The notes: generated by a model not told the origin, from the sequence alone. 64,000 bases of DNA from a bacterium (GCA_030616605.1 JAUWWY010000001.1:68251-132250), one strand, 5' to 3'. Counted from the stretch's first letter, positions 53,461 to 62,901 are shown. Made by a program: numbers and translations.

Positions 53461-55242
53461 TTAAGCTTCGACCTTTTTTTCTATTCTTATATTTGCTTTC
53501 TTTAAAAATTTTGTCAAGGATATTTCACCGATATCTCCTTTCTCTCTTTTTCTTACTCTGACTGTTTTATTTTTTATTTCTTTGTCGCCGACTACCAAAA
53601 GATAGGGGATTTTTTGAATTTCTCCCTGTCGGATTTTTTTGGAAACAGTTTCGGCTTCAGTTTTTGCTTCAGCTCGTAATCCCTCTTCTTTTAACTTTTT
53701 GGCAATTTCTTTTGCGTATTTTCTATGTTCAGAACCAACCGGAATTACCCAGATTTGAATAGGAGCCAACCATAAGGGAAAAGCTCCGGCATAATGTTCA
53801 ATTAAAACCCCAAAAAATCTTTCCATTGAACCTAAAAGAGCCCGATGAATCATATATGGTTCTTTTTTTTTGCCTTTTCTATCAACATAAGTCATTTTGA
53901 ATCTCGCTGGCAAATTAAAATCAAATTGAATAGTGGTACACTGCCAGTCTCTTCCAATAGAATCCTTTATCTTAATATCAATTTTGGGGCCATAAAAAAC
54001 ACCTCCGCCTGGATCAATCTGATATTTTAATTTGAGATTTTTAAGAACATATTCAAGGGTCTTAGTTGCTTTTTGCCAGTTCTTAATAGTTCCGACATAC
54101 TTTTTAGGACGAGTAGAAAGATAGATATTATATTCCTTAAAACCGAAATCTTTTAGCATTTTAATAGCGTCTTTAACAAGTTTAACGGTTTCTTCAGTCA
54201 TCTGGTCAGAAGTACAAATTATATGAGCATCATCTTGGGTAAAACCACGAACTCGAATTAATCCGTGCAGGGTTCCAGAACGTTCATAGCGATAGACTGT
54301 TCCTAATTCTGCATATTTTATAGGCAAATCTCTGTAGCTTCTAATTTTAGAGTTATAGACACAAACATGAAAAGGGCAATTCATTGGCTTTAACAGATAT
54401 TCTTCTTTTATCTTGGCTTTTTTTCCTTTTTGGACATCTTCCAAACTTTGTCCAATCTCTAGAGGAGGATACATACTTTCGTTATAAAAGTTCCAATGAC
54501 CAGAAGTTTCCCATAATTTTCTACTTCCAATATGAGGAGTATAAAGCCATTGATATCCTTTTTCAGTTAATTCTTGATACAAATAATTTTCTATTATTTT
54601 TCTTAAAGTCGCTCCTTTAGGAAGCCAAATTGGCAAACCAGCGCCTATTTGTTCATTAATCATAAATAATTCTAATTTTTGACCTAAGGACCGGTGGTCT
54701 CGTTTTTCTGCTTCTTTTTTGAATTTTAAGTGCTTTTCCAGTTCTTTTTTATTTTTAAAAGCCAAACCGTAAATTCTGGTTAACATGGGCTTTTTTTCAT
54801 TGCCTTTCCAATAAGCACCAGCGATTTTAGTCAGTTTAAAACTATTTTCAAGAATCTCTCTGGTTGATTTTAGATGGGGTCCCTTACACAAGTCCAGAAA
54901 ATCACCACTCTCATAAATAGAAACAGTTTTAGTTGTTAGTTCATCAATCAATTCTAATTTATAGGGCTGTTTTTTAAATATTTTTTTTGCTTCATTTCTG
55001 GAGATGATTTTCTTTTTAAATTTAATATCTTTTTTGATTAATTCTTTCATCTTTTTTTCAATTTTAATTAAATCTTCAGGAGTTATAGATTTTGGCAAAT
55101 CAAAGTCATAGTAGAACCCATTTTCAATAGAAGGTCCAATACCAAATTTTACCCCTGGATAGAGTTCTTGAACTGCTTGAGCCAATATATGAGCAAGTGA
55201 GTGACGAAGAGTTTCAATTTTCATAAGTTTTTGTATTTTCAT
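53461..55242 (-). CDS. thrS: Threonyl-tRNA synthetase (no TGS domain)
   Basis: It has the editing-domain HSLAHILA, a class II core (RGFTQDDAHI) and an anticodon-binding C-terminus. Confidence 0.95.
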   Translation of the reverse strand: MKIQKLMKIETLRHSLAHILAQAVQELYPGVKFGIGPSIENGFYYDFDLPKSITPEDLIKIEKKMKELIKKDIKFKKKIISRNEAKKIFKKQPYKLELIDELTTKTVSIYESGDFLDLCKGPHLKSTREILENSFKLTKIAGAYWKGNEKKPMLTRIYGLAFKNKKELEKHLKFKKEAEKRDHRSLGQKLELFMINEQIGAGLPIWLPKGATLRKIIENYLYQELTEKGYQWLYTPHIGSRKLWETSGHWNFYNESMYPPLEIGQSLEDVQKGKKAKIKEEYLLKPMNCPFHVCVYNSKIRSYRDLPIKYAELGTVYRYERSGTLHGLIRVRGFTQDDAHIICTSDQMTEETVKLVKDAIKMLKDFGFKEYNIYLSTRPKKYVGTIKNWQKATKTLEYVLKNLKLKYQIDPGGGVFYGPKIDIKIKDSIGRDWQCTTIQFDFNLPARFKMTYVDRKGKKKEPYMIHRALLGSMERFFGVLIEHYAGAFPLWLAPIQIWVIPVGSEHRKYAKEIAKKLKEEGLRAEAKTEAETVSKKIRQGEIQKIPYLLVVGDKEIKNKTVRVRKREKGDIGEISLTKFLKKANIRIEKKVEA

Positions 55243-58200
55243 TCTTCAACTATTTCTTCAATGTTTTCGCAGATTAACTTAGGGGAATCGCGCCAATTCT
55301 CAACTTTACCGGTAACAAAAACGATTTTATTTTCTTGAAAAGCAGTTGGATTTCTTTCAATAATTTTTGAAAAAACAACAACCTCAATTTTGTCAGTTAA
55401 GTCTTCTAATTCCATAAATAACATTGGTTCACCTTTTTTGGTTAAGACTTTTTTAATTGAGAAAATTATTCCTCCCACCCTTATTTTTTGATCAAATATT
55501 CCGTTTCTTAATTCTTGAAGAGGCAAGGTTCTTTTTTCCAGAACTTTTTTGAAACTCTCTAAGGGATGAGCAGAGATATAAAGTCCCAAAAGCTCTTTTT
55601 CCCATAAGAGTTTTTGATTTAAAGAAACAAGTTTTATCTCTTTAAGTCTTAAAGAAGAAGGGGATAAAGCCGAACCTTTAGCAAACAAACTTTTTTGGCC
55701 GGAATTGTTCATTTTTCTGATTTCTCGATTAAAGTTTAAAATTTCTTCAATGTTTTGAAGTAACTTATTTCTTTCCTCAAACTTATCAAAAGCCCCGGTT
55801 TTAATTAAGCTTTCCATAGATTTTTTGTTTAAATCTTTTGTTTCAATTCTTGAAATAAAATCAGTAAAGGAAATAAATCGTCCATTTTCTTCTCTTTCTT
55901 TAATTATTGTTTCAACAACGTTTGAACCTACGTTTTTAATAGCTCTTAATCCAAACCTTATTTTATTTTTATTAGGAATAACCGAGAAATTCCTGAAACT
56001 TTCGTTAATATCAGGAGGTAAAACTTTAATTTTCATATCTTTACATTCAGCTATTAAGAAAGCAATTCTTTCAATATCAGATTGTTCCGAGGTTAAAAGA
56101 GCAGCCATAAATTCAATCTCAAAATGGGTTTTAAGATAGGCGGTTTGGTAGGCAATCATTGCGTAAGCTGTAGCATGGGCGCGGTTAAATCCATAACTTG
56201 CAAAAGGTAGAATCCAATTCCAGATTTTTTGAGCGGTTGCTTTATCTATTTTGTTTTTAATCATTCCCTGAATAAACTTTTCTCCTTGGGCGATTAGCAA
56301 GCTTTTTATCTTTTTGCCCACTGCTTTTCTTAAAACATCAGCTTCAGAAAGGGTAAAACCGGCAAGGTCTCTGGCGATTTGCATTAATTGTTCCTGAAAA
56401 ATACAAATTCCCTGGGTTTTCTCTAAAATTGGTTCTAATTTTGGATGCAAATATTCTATTTTTTTCCTTTTATGTTTTCTATCAATATAGTCTTGAATAA
56501 ACTGGATAGGGCCCGGCCGATAAAGAGCAACCATTGCCACTATATCTTCAAAAGTATTAGGTCTAAGTTCCTTTAAATATCTTTTAAATCCCGATGATTC
56601 CAGTTGAAAAATGCCCGTGGTTTTGCCCTTTTGTAAAAGTTTATAAGTTTTTTTATCATCAAAGGGAATTTTTGAGATATCTACTTTTTTATTTTGAACT
56701 TTATAAACTCTAGCCAGAGTATCTTCAATAATAGTTAAATTTTTCAAGCCTAGAAAGTCCATCTTTAGAAGACCTAAATCTTCGATTGAGTACATTTCGT
56801 ATTGAGTAACCACGGTGTTGTCGTTTTGGGTCGGATGTTGTAAAGGAACAATCTCATCCAGGGGTTGAGAGGAGATTACGACGCCGCAAGCATGAGTTGA
56901 AGCGTGTCTGGCACAACCTTCAAGTTTTTTTGAAAAATCAATTAGTTTTTTAGCCTCATCATCGGTTTGATAGAGTTGGCGGAATTCAGAAACTCCTTTC
57001 AAGGTCTGGTCCAGGGTAAAACCAGAGGGAATAGTTTTTGCTATTTTATCGCAATAACCATAACTTAATCCCGTAACCCTTCCTACGTCTCGAATTACTG
57101 CCCTGGCCGCCATTGTTCCAAAGGTAATAATCTGAGCCACTTTATCCCGGCCATATTTTTGGGAGACGTACTCAATTACTTCATCTCTTCTTCGGTCAGT
57201 AAAATCAAGGTCAATATCAGGCATTGAGATGCGGTCTTTGTTAAGGAAGCGCTCAAAAAGTAAATTATGTTTTAAGGGATTAATTTCAGTAATTCCTAAA
57301 AAGAAAGCGACTATAGACCCTCCGACACTACCTCTTCCCGGCCCGACAACAATATGATTTTTCTTTGCCCATTGGACAAAATCCTGAACAATCAAAAAAT
57401 AAGGAGCAAAACCAGTTTCTTTAATAACCGAAAGTTCATATTCCAGTCTCTTCTCAGCTTCTTTTTTATCTTTAATCTTATCTTTTTGACTCTCTAATCC
57501 TTGATAGCAAAGTTCTTTTAAATATTGATTAGGATTTTCATTGTTTGGTGTTTCAAAATGAGGTAGTTTTATTGTTCCCAACTTAAAATTAAAGTTGCAC
57601 ATTTCAACGATTTTCTGAGTGTTTTCTATGGCTTGAGGAATGTCTTTAAAGGATTCTATCATTTGCTGAGAAGATTTCATTGAAAAATCATCAGCTTTCA
57701 TTGTTAATCTTTCGGCGTCGTCAAGTCTGGTTCCAGTATTAATTAACATTAAAATATCCTGAGCATCATTGTCCTCTGGTCTTAAATAATGGGTATCGGC
57801 AGTAGCTACCAAGGGAATAGCTAATTTTTTGGAGAATTCAATTAAAACTTTATTTATTTTTGTCAGCTCTTTGATATTTGGGTGGTGTTGAATTTCTAAA
57901 TAAAAATTGTCTTTCCCAAAAACCCCTTGATATCTTAAAGCTAATTTTTCAGCCTCCTCAATTTTATTAGCTAAAATTAATTGAGGAATTTTCCCAACCA
58001 TACACCCAGAAAGCATAATTAATCCCTTGGTGTGTTGAAACAATAATTTCTCATCAACCCTTGGTTTGTAATAAAACCCCTCCAAGTGAGCTTTGGTAAT
58101 AAGTTTTACCAAATTTTTATAACCTTCTTCGTTTTTTACTAAAAGAACAAAATGATATCTTTTGTCATCAATATTCGGTCTTTTCTGGTCCATTGTCTCT

Positions 58201-58415
58201 TTAGCTAAATATAATTCTGAACCAATTATCGGTTTTATATTTCTTGCTCTGGCTTTTTTATAAAACTCGACTGCTCCATACAAAACTCCATGGTCAGTTA
58301 AAGCACAGGAATCCATTCCTAACTCCTTAACCCTATCTAAAAGATGGTCTATCTGAGGTAAACCATCTAATAAACTGTAATGAGAATGGACATGAAGATG
58401 GGTAAATTTTGCCAT
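55239..58415 (-). CDS. dnaE: DNA polymerase III alpha subunit
   Basis: It has the PHP domain FTHLHVHSHYSLLDG, palm/fingers motifs (PDIDLDF, GLLKMDFLGL) and an OB fold at the C-terminus. Confidence 0.95.
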   Translation of the reverse strand: MAKFTHLHVHSHYSLLDGLPQIDHLLDRVKELGMDSCALTDHGVLYGAVEFYKKARARNIKPIIGSELYLAKETMDQKRPNIDDKRYHFVLLVKNEEGYKNLVKLITKAHLEGFYYKPRVDEKLLFQHTKGLIMLSGCMVGKIPQLILANKIEEAEKLALRYQGVFGKDNFYLEIQHHPNIKELTKINKVLIEFSKKLAIPLVATADTHYLRPEDNDAQDILMLINTGTRLDDAERLTMKADDFSMKSSQQMIESFKDIPQAIENTQKIVEMCNFNFKLGTIKLPHFETPNNENPNQYLKELCYQGLESQKDKIKDKKEAEKRLEYELSVIKETGFAPYFLIVQDFVQWAKKNHIVVGPGRGSVGGSIVAFFLGITEINPLKHNLLFERFLNKDRISMPDIDLDFTDRRRDEVIEYVSQKYGRDKVAQIITFGTMAARAVIRDVGRVTGLSYGYCDKIAKTIPSGFTLDQTLKGVSEFRQLYQTDDEAKKLIDFSKKLEGCARHASTHACGVVISSQPLDEIVPLQHPTQNDNTVVTQYEMYSIEDLGLLKMDFLGLKNLTIIEDTLARVYKVQNKKVDISKIPFDDKKTYKLLQKGKTTGIFQLESSGFKRYLKELRPNTFEDIVAMVALYRPGPIQFIQDYIDRKHKRKKIEYLHPKLEPILEKTQGICIFQEQLMQIARDLAGFTLSEADVLRKAVGKKIKSLLIAQGEKFIQGMIKNKIDKATAQKIWNWILPFASYGFNRAHATAYAMIAYQTAYLKTHFEIEFMAALLTSEQSDIERIAFLIAECKDMKIKVLPPDINESFRNFSVIPNKNKIRFGLRAIKNVGSNVVETIIKEREENGRFISFTDFISRIETKDLNKKSMESLIKTGAFDKFEERNKLLQNIEEILNFNREIRKMNNSGQKSLFAKGSALSPSSLRLKEIKLVSLNQKLLWEKELLGLYISAHPLESFKKVLEKRTLPLQELRNGIFDQKIRVGGIIFSIKKVLTKKGEPMLFMELEDLTDKIEVVVFSKIIERNPTAFQENKIVFVTGKVENWRDSPKLICENIEEIVEE

Positions 58416-58418
58416 GTT

Positions 58419-59090
58419 TTATTTAATTATTTCTTTATATTGAGCGTCTTCCAGAATTAATTCATTTTTAATTTTAGTGGTTTTCAAAATTATATTTTCA
58501 TTAATTTTTACTGATTTTAAATTGACTTTTCCACCAATAAAGGCCCCTAACATATCCAAACTCCCTTCGGCTAATGAATCTTCAAGGTCAAGGTTACCCA
58601 AAATTTTTGCATCTCGGAGGTAAATATCTCCCTTAATAATTAAACCAGCATGGTAAGCATCGTTAATTTTTATATCTTGAAGATTAATATCTTTTTTGAT
58701 TTCAGTTTTAGCTAAACTTAAAAAGCCGGAAATATTTAAACCCCTACAGTTTAAATCTCCATCAATTTTTGCTCCAACCAGATTTACCACCCCATTTATT
58801 CTGGCCCCTTCCAAGTTTAAATTTCCTTTGAGAATTGCCTGTCCAAGATAAAGAGGACCCCTTACAATTGCTTCATTTAAATTCAAATCTCCTTTTATAA
58901 TAGCACCTTCCAAATAAAGAGGTCCAAGAATAACTACTGTTTCAAGATTTAATCCTCTTTCAATTATTTTTTCCTGAAGAGAAAGAGAAGCCAAAACTTT
59001 GCCCCGGAAATCTACGTTTCTCTCTTCAAGAGAGGCCATTCTTAATTCTTCTTCAATATCAGCTTGATTTAAAATATTTTTATCAGGCAT
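58419..59090 (-). CDS. Repeat protein: about 16 tandem 11-residue units (xxAxIxGxLxL), predicted beta-solenoid
   Basis: Units read directly include EGAIIKGDLNL, NEAIVRGPLYL, GQAILKGNLNL, EGARINGVVNL and VGAKIDGDLNC. The gene ends 3 nt before the dnaE start. Confidence 0.6.
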   Translation of the reverse strand: MPDKNILNQADIEEELRMASLEERNVDFRGKVLASLSLQEKIIERGLNLETVVILGPLYLEGAIIKGDLNLNEAIVRGPLYLGQAILKGNLNLEGARINGVVNLVGAKIDGDLNCRGLNISGFLSLAKTEIKKDINLQDIKINDAYHAGLIIKGDIYLRDAKILGNLDLEDSLAEGSLDMLGAFIGGKVNLKSVKINENIILKTTKIKNELILEDAQYKEIIK

Positions 59091-59188
59091 TAATTTCTGT
59101 TAAAATTAAATAATTAGTCTATTTTAACTGATTTTGAAAAATTAGTCTATATAAGCGCTCGGCAATAGAATTATTAAATTAGTATAGC

Positions 59189-59824
59189 ATGACAAATAAT
59201 TTTTCTCAAAAAAGAAGCAACTATATTCTGGTTGGTATAGACGAAGTGGGAAGAGGACCTCTTGCAGGGCCTGTTACTGCTGCTGCAGTGACTATTAATT
59301 CTGCTAATATCAAATATCAAAAATCAAAAATCAAAAATATTTCAAAAGAGATTAAAGATTCAAAAAGATTAAGTTCTAAAAAGAGAGAAGAAATTTATAA
59401 AATTTTAAAAAATCAGCCTGAAGTTGAATGGGGAATAGGTAGAGTTTCAGAAAAAGTTATTGATAAGATAAATATTCTTCAAGCGACAAAATTAGCAATG
59501 GTAAGAGCGACCAGGAATTTAGAAAATAAAATTGGTAGAAAAATTAATTTTTTAATAATTGACGGCAATTTTAGTATTGATTTAGCGATTCCTCAAAAAT
59601 CAATCATAAAAGGAGATGAAAAAGTTTTTTTAATAAAACTTTCCTCTGTTATTGCTAAAATAACAAGAGATAAAATGATGTTGAGATATCATAAAAAATA
59701 TCCGAAATACAGGTTTGATAAACATAAAGGATACGGAACAAAACTCCATTTAGAGAGTTTAGAAAAATATGGACCCTCTAAGATTCACCGTAAGAGTTTC
59801 CGTCCAGTAAGAGAACTATTGTAA
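59189..59824 (+). CDS. rnhB: Ribonuclease HII
   Basis: Motifs are GIDEVGRGPLAGPV, DSKRLS and IIDGN. Confidence 0.9.
   Translation: MTNNFSQKRSNYILVGIDEVGRGPLAGPVTAAAVTINSANIKYQKSKIKNISKEIKDSKRLSSKKREEIYKILKNQPEVEWGIGRVSEKVIDKINILQATKLAMVRATRNLENKIGRKINFLIIDGNFSIDLAIPQKSIIKGDEKVFLIKLSSVIAKITRDKMMLRYHKKYPKYRFDKHKGYGTKLHLESLEKYGPSKIHRKSFRPVRELL
59309..59336. repeat. 7-bp tandem repeat ATCAAAW x4 inside rnhB
   Basis: The sequence is atcaaat atcaaaa atcaaaa atcaaaa and encodes NIKYQKSKIKN between the catalytic DEVGRG and DSK motifs. Confidence 0.8.
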
Positions 59825-59853
59825 GATTCAGGTCTTTATGATAGATTAGACAT

Positions 59854-60147
59854 ATGGCAGTACCCAAAAAACACACAACAAAGTCAAAAAGGAATAAAAA
59901 AAGAATGCATATTTTTTTAAAAACTCCTACTTCAGTTTCTTGTCCTCACTGTGGAAAACCAAAACTTCCTCATAGAGTTTGTAAAAACTGTGGCTATTAT
60001 AAAGAAACTGAAGTTTTGGATGTTCTCGGGAAATTAGAAAAGAAAGAGAAGAAAAAGAGAGAGAAAGAAATAAAAGAAAGAGAAAGAGAAAAAAGAGAAA
60101 AGGAGAAACCATTAACATTAGAAGAATTATCAAAAAAGAAATTTTAA
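59854..60147 (+). CDS. rpmF: 50S ribosomal protein L32 with long Lys/Glu-rich C-terminal tail
   Basis: It opens [17 protein letters not shown] and has the Zn ribbon CPHCG....[10 protein letters not shown]. Confidence 0.9.
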   Translation: MAVPKKHTTKSKRNKKRMHIFLKTPTSVSCPHCGKPKLPHRVCKNCGYYKETEVLDVLGKLEKKEKKKREKEIKEREREKREKEKPLTLEELSKKKF

Positions 60148-60151
60148 ATTT

Positions 60152-60577
60152 ATGGCATCAAGACATTTAGCTCGTTCCATTGTTTTACAGTCGTTGTTTG
60201 AATGGGATTTTTACGAAAAAAAACCGGATTTTAAGAAGATTTTAGAAAGAAACATAAAAAAATTCGGGGGAAGCTTTAATGAAGTTAATTTTGTTAATTC
60301 TTTGGCTAAGGGTCTTATTAAACATCTTCCAAAAATTGATAAAGTTATTAAAGAATCGGCGCCAGAGCGACCAATTGACCAATTAAGTATTATTGACCGC
60401 AATGTTTTGAGAATTGGTCTTTATGAATTATTATATGCCGATAAAAAAGAAGTACCCCCAAAAGTTGCTATCAATGAAGCAATTGAGTTGGCAAAAAGTT
60501 TTGGTGGTGAAAGTTCGGGGAAATTTATTAATGGCGTATTGGGAACAGTTTACAAAGAAGTACAAAAAAACACATGA
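60152..60577 (+). CDS. nusB: Transcription antitermination factor NusB
   Basis: Motifs are R..AR...[23 protein letters not shown] and [11 protein letters not shown]. Confidence 0.9.
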   Translation: MASRHLARSIVLQSLFEWDFYEKKPDFKKILERNIKKFGGSFNEVNFVNSLAKGLIKHLPKIDKVIKESAPERPIDQLSIIDRNVLRIGLYELLYADKKEVPPKVAINEAIELAKSFGGESSGKFINGVLGTVYKEVQKNT

Positions 60578-61260
60578 AAGATTTTGCAAAGCTTGAAGAA
60601 AATTTAGGTATTAAATTTAAAAATAGGGATTTACTAATTCAGGCTTTTTGCCATCGCTCTTATTCAAATGAGAATCCCAATTTTTATTTAGATAATAATG
60701 AAAGATTAGAATTTTTGGGTGATGCTGTCTTAGAGTTGATTGTTACCGATTATCTTTACCAAAATTATCAAGATCCAGAAGGGGAATTAACTGTCTGGAG
60801 AGCAGCTTTGGTTAATTCTCAAAAGTTAGCTGATATTGCCCGGAGTCTTGAGTTTGAGGATTATCTTTTGTTAAGTAAAGGAGAGATAAAAGATACTGGA
60901 AAAGCTCGAAATTATATTTTAGCTAATACTTTTGAGGCATTTTTAGGGGCTTTCTATCTGGACCAGGGTTATGAAAAAACTCGGAAATTTGTTGAGAATA
61001 AATTGCTTTCTCAACTGCCAGAGATTTTGAAAGAGGGAATTTGGCGGGATTTTAAATCTCAATTTCAGGAAATAGCTCAAGAAAAAATGAAGATTACTCC
61101 CAATTATAAACTTTTGAAGGAAAAGGGACCGGACCATGTAAAACATTTTACAGTAGGGGCTTTTTTAAATGATGAGTTGGTCTCCAAGGGAGAAGGTTCT
61201 TCAAAACAAGAAGCAGAAGAGCAAGCCGCCCAAAAAGCTCTAAAGACAAAAAACTGGTAA
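60574..61260 (+). CDS. rnc: Ribonuclease III
   Basis: It has the signature [12 protein letters not shown] and a C-terminal dsRBD (GPDH.K.F...........[12 protein letters not shown]). Confidence 0.95.
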   Translation: MKDFAKLEENLGIKFKNRDLLIQAFCHRSYSNENPNFYLDNNERLEFLGDAVLELIVTDYLYQNYQDPEGELTVWRAALVNSQKLADIARSLEFEDYLLLSKGEIKDTGKARNYILANTFEAFLGAFYLDQGYEKTRKFVENKLLSQLPEILKEGIWRDFKSQFQEIAQEKMKITPNYKLLKEKGPDHVKHFTVGAFLNDELVSKGEGSSKQEAEEQAAQKALKTKNW

Positions 61261-61272
61261 GAAATACAATTT

Positions 61273-61632
61273 ATGTTAGTAATAAGATTTTTAAGAATTG
61301 GTAAAAAAAATCAGCCATTTTTCAGAATCGTGGTAACCGACAAAAAAAATCCTCCTCAAGGAGGCAGATTTTTAGAGGTGCTTGGATTTTTAAATCCTTT
61401 GACAAAAGAAAAAAAATTAAAGAAAGAAAGAATTAAATATTGGCTCAGTGTGGGAGCTCAACCCTCGGATAGTTTATATAATTTACTGATTAAGGAAAAA
61501 ATAATTACAGGAGAAAAAAGAGACGTTCACAAAAAAGCAAAAGAGAAAGAGAAGCCAAAAGAGAAAGAGAAGCCAAAAGAGAAAGAGAAGCCAAAAGAAG
61601 AAAAGAAACCAGAAGAAGAAAAACCAAAATAG
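61273..61632 (+). CDS. rpsP: 30S ribosomal protein S16 with EKEKPK-repeat tail
   Basis: It contains MLVIRFLRIGKKNQPFFRIVV.D and WLSVGAQPSD. Confidence 0.95.
   Translation: MLVIRFLRIGKKNQPFFRIVVTDKKNPPQGGRFLEVLGFLNPLTKEKKLKKERIKYWLSVGAQPSDSLYNLLIKEKIITGEKRDVHKKAKEKEKPKEKEKPKEKEKPKEEKKPEEEKPK
61543..61596. repeat. Exact 18-bp tandem repeat x3 (gagaaagagaagccaaaa) in the rpsP tail
   Basis: Three exact units were read directly. They encode (EKEKPK)x3. Confidence 0.95.
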
Positions 61633-61634
61633 TC

Positions 61635-61662
61635 TTGACATTTTACTTTAAATAAGTAAAAT
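61635..61662 (+). promoter_or_regulatory. Putative promoter TTGACA-16-TAAAAT
   Basis: A consensus -35 and a near-consensus -10 lie directly after the rpsP stop. Confidence 0.5.
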
Positions 61663-61671
61663 AATAGGATA

Positions 61672-61743
61672 AGTAGCTTTTTCAGTTAGACCGATTCTCT
61701 GATTGATTGATAGAGAGAGAATCGCTGAAAAGGTCGGGCTACT
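61672..61743 (+). promoter_or_regulatory. Long imperfect leader hairpin (about 72 nt) upstream of the KH-domain gene
   Basis: There are three stacked helices: agtagc/gctact, tttttcag/ctgaaaag and cgattctct/agagaatcg, with a 15-nt apical loop. Confidence 0.5.
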
Positions 61744-61786
61744 GGTAATTAAAGATTGATGAAATCAAAGATTTTCTTGTAATTTT

Positions 61787-62101
61787 ATGGCAAAAGAAAA
61801 TGATAGAGAATTTCTTGAATACGTAGTTAAAGCTTTAGTTGATAATCCCAAAGATGTCACAATTGATAGAAAAGTTGACGAAATGGGAGTTTTACTCAGC
61901 TTGAAAGTCCACGCTGACGACATGGGTCAAATTGTCGGTAAGGGTGGTTCAACTGCTAGATCTATCCGAAATCTTGTTCGGATAATTGGTCTCAAGAATC
62001 ATGCCAGAGTTAATCTTAAGATTGAGGAGCCAGAAGGCGGAAAAAGAGAGCCAAAAGAAAGCTCTGAAGAAAAAGGAGATTTAGAAAACCTTAATCTCTA
62101 A
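61787..62101 (+). CDS. khpA: KH-domain RNA-binding protein (KhpA/YlqC family)
   Basis: It contains LEYVVKALVDNPKDV and the GxxG motif IVGKGGSTARSIR. It sits in the canonical position after rpsP. Confidence 0.85.
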   Translation: MAKENDREFLEYVVKALVDNPKDVTIDRKVDEMGVLLSLKVHADDMGQIVGKGGSTARSIRNLVRIIGLKNHARVNLKIEEPEGGKREPKESSEEKGDLENLNL

Positions 62102-62160
62102 AATTCATAAGAGTTCGCCAAACTCATTATCTGGGCGAACCAACAGATTGAATTTTTTGA

Positions 62161-62200
62161 AAACGGTGCTACTATAAAAGTGGTGCCGTTTTCGTTTTTA
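62161..62200 (+). terminator. Rho-independent terminator (13-bp stem with G-U pairs)
   Basis: The stem aaaacggtgctac / gtggtgccgtttt is followed by T-rich sequence. It shares aaaagtggtgc with the 14613/24721 hairpins. Confidence 0.6.
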
Positions 62201-62211
62201 TTTTCGTTTTT

Positions 62212-62901
62212 ATGAAATTTGATGTTATTACAATATTCCCAGAAATTTTTGATTTCTATTTTAAACATTCAATTATTAAAAAAGCTCAAAAAAAAGGAGC
62301 CATAAAAATTCAAGTTCATAATCTCAGAGATTTCACCAGCGATAAACACAAGAGTGTTGATGACAAACCCTTTGGTGGGGGCAGAGGAATGGTATTAAAA
62401 ATTGAACCTATCTATAAAGCAGTTCAATTTTTAAAAAATCAAAAATTAAAAATTAAAAATAAAAAAGATAAAAAAACTAAAGTAATTTTGTTTACTCCGA
62501 GAGGGAAAAAGTTTAATCAGAAAATGGCTACTGAGTTTGCAAAGCTTGACCAAGTAATTTTGATTTGTGGCAGGTATGAAGCAATAGATGAAAGGGTGGC
62601 AAAATATATTGCTGATGAGAAAATTTCAATAGGGGATTATGTTTTAATGGGGGGTGAGCTGCCTGCCTTGGTATTAATGGAAACTGTAGCCAGATTGGTG
62701 CCAGGAGTTATTGAAAAATCTGAATTATTAAAAGAAAGAATTACCAAAAAGAAAGGATTTATAGAATATCCTCAATATACCAGACCAGAGCTATTCGAGC
62801 CCCAGAAAGATAAGAAATGGCGGGTGCCTAAAGTTCTTTTATCTGGCAATCATAAGAAAATCGAGGAATGGCGGGAAAAACAGAGCAAAATTATTGAATA
62901 G
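62212..62901 (+). CDS. trmD: tRNA (guanine37-N1)-methyltransferase
   Basis: Motifs are FDVITIFPEIF, DDKPFGGGRGMV, ILICGRYEAIDERV and IGDYVLMGGELPA. Confidence 0.95.
   Translation: MKFDVITIFPEIFDFYFKHSIIKKAQKKGAIKIQVHNLRDFTSDKHKSVDDKPFGGGRGMVLKIEPIYKAVQFLKNQKLKIKNKKDKKTKVILFTPRGKKFNQKMATEFAKLDQVILICGRYEAIDERVAKYIADEKISIGDYVLMGGELPALVLMETVARLVPGVIEKSELLKERITKKKGFIEYPQYTRPELFEPQKDKKWRVPKVLLSGNHKKIEEWREKQSKIIE
62434..62468. repeat. A-rich degenerate 7-bp tandem repeat (AAAAATY x4-5) inside trmD
   Basis: The sequence is aaaaatc aaaaatt aaaaatt aaaaata aaaaaga and encodes KNQKLKIKNKKDK. Confidence 0.6.
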
